Shown here piece after piece: positions 63,182-64,000 of a stretch of DNA of 64,000 bases. The translations under genes were made by a program, and so were the position numbers. Position 1 is the stretch's first letter. Each line of letters starts with the position of its first letter. The stretch is from Takakia lepidozioides (lineage: Eukaryota; Plantae; Bryophyta). The notes below the pieces were generated by a model. It had not been told where the DNA came from, did not search any database, and saw only the letters and a list, made by a program, of their open reading frames with translations. The DNA lies in contig CM060731.1 in NCBI GenBank assembly GCA_030704615.1, positions 14,632,001 to 14,696,000 on the forward strand, read 5' to 3'.

Positions 63182-63695
63182 CAGTGTTGGACTGGTATCA
63201 AGTTTTTTACATACGAGACTGGTCCTGGTACCAGGCGTATACAAAACTTTCATACCAGTCTGGTCTGTATAATGGTGGATGTATTTTTTTCCAGATACTG
63301 GTATGAATATGAGTATCATGACCACAATACCAGCTGGTATGAGTGGTATGAGATATCAACTCTGGTATCATTCCAAAGCCATCTTGAGTTACAAATTTAT
63401 CAAGTGGCAAGTATCAAGTGAAAACAAATAAAATATACATAAGAAGTAAATATACATAAGTACAAATATATAGGCATATGTACACATAAATTAATTCAGT
63501 ATACATACCAGAGTAAATGAGGAAGACGATGGGGGTGTACGGGTATTGTGGCTGGTATGAAAGAACTGATACCAGCCTGGTCCGGTATCTGACCAAGTAT
63601 TCTCCCAAATGATACCAGACTGGTCTGGTATCTAATACCAGTGCATATACCAGTATTATGTACCAGTCCTTCACCTATATACCAGTCCAACACTG
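63182..63695. mobile_element. hAT-type MITE (514 bp)
   Basis: 17-bp TIR CAGTGTTGGACTGGTAT / ATACCAGTCCAACACTG, perfect 8-bp TSD GTTCAAAC (63174-63181 and 63696-63703), many TGGTAT/ATACCA subterminal repeats. Confidence 0.95.
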
Positions 63696-64000
63696 GTTCA
63701 AACCTTAGAATATCAGGTTAACATTTCCATTTGTAAGACATTGGAACAGTAAAGAAGGGTGAGAAATGGTGGGCTTGTGAATCAGTGTCTGTCCAGTGTT
63801 TATGAGATGGATGTATGACTCAGGAATTTTTGTACTTGTCCATTTCACCACTTATGTCTAATCCTACTCATCTACAACAGGTGAACAACATCGGCTCTTC
63901 AATTGTTAGAATGTTTTTTGTTACCCAAAGTTTTTCATTAGTTGTGGAGACATGTCTATCACTTGCCGGACCTGCCAAACCTCACAAAGAAGCCTTGATT

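Overview
Eukaryotic nuclear DNA from a land plant that has kept the flagellar IFT machinery (fern, lycophyte or bryophyte grade; inferred from IFT139 alongside PLS-class PPR, ycf20-like and NTMC2-type genes). The window has three zones. (1) 1-19 kb is gene-dense: the 3' part of TTC21B/IFT139, a DUF309 gene, proteasome alpha-4 (PAD1), EMC4 and a ycf20-like gene. (2) About 20.4-48.7 kb is an island with no intact host gene that I can recognise, bracketed by a ~135-bp direct repeat. It holds a decayed DUF659/hAT transposase, two GCGACCGCC palindrome arrays, MITEs and O-fucosyltransferase/PPR fragments. It also holds unusual spliced cargo pseudogenes: three tandem FCP1/SCP-like (Pol II CTD phosphatase family) domains, a protein with YSPxSP CTD-like repeats, and an amino-methyltransferase-like motif. 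A recurring CTCCACT-N4-AGTGGAG palindrome marks the island. (3) 49-62.6 kb is a 12-exon SMP/C2-domain gene, followed by a hAT MITE. Two RTE/RTEX-like LINE families stack head-to-tail in host introns, and one copy is flanked by an 82-bp direct repeat. All family assignments come from motif recognition by eye, not from database searches.
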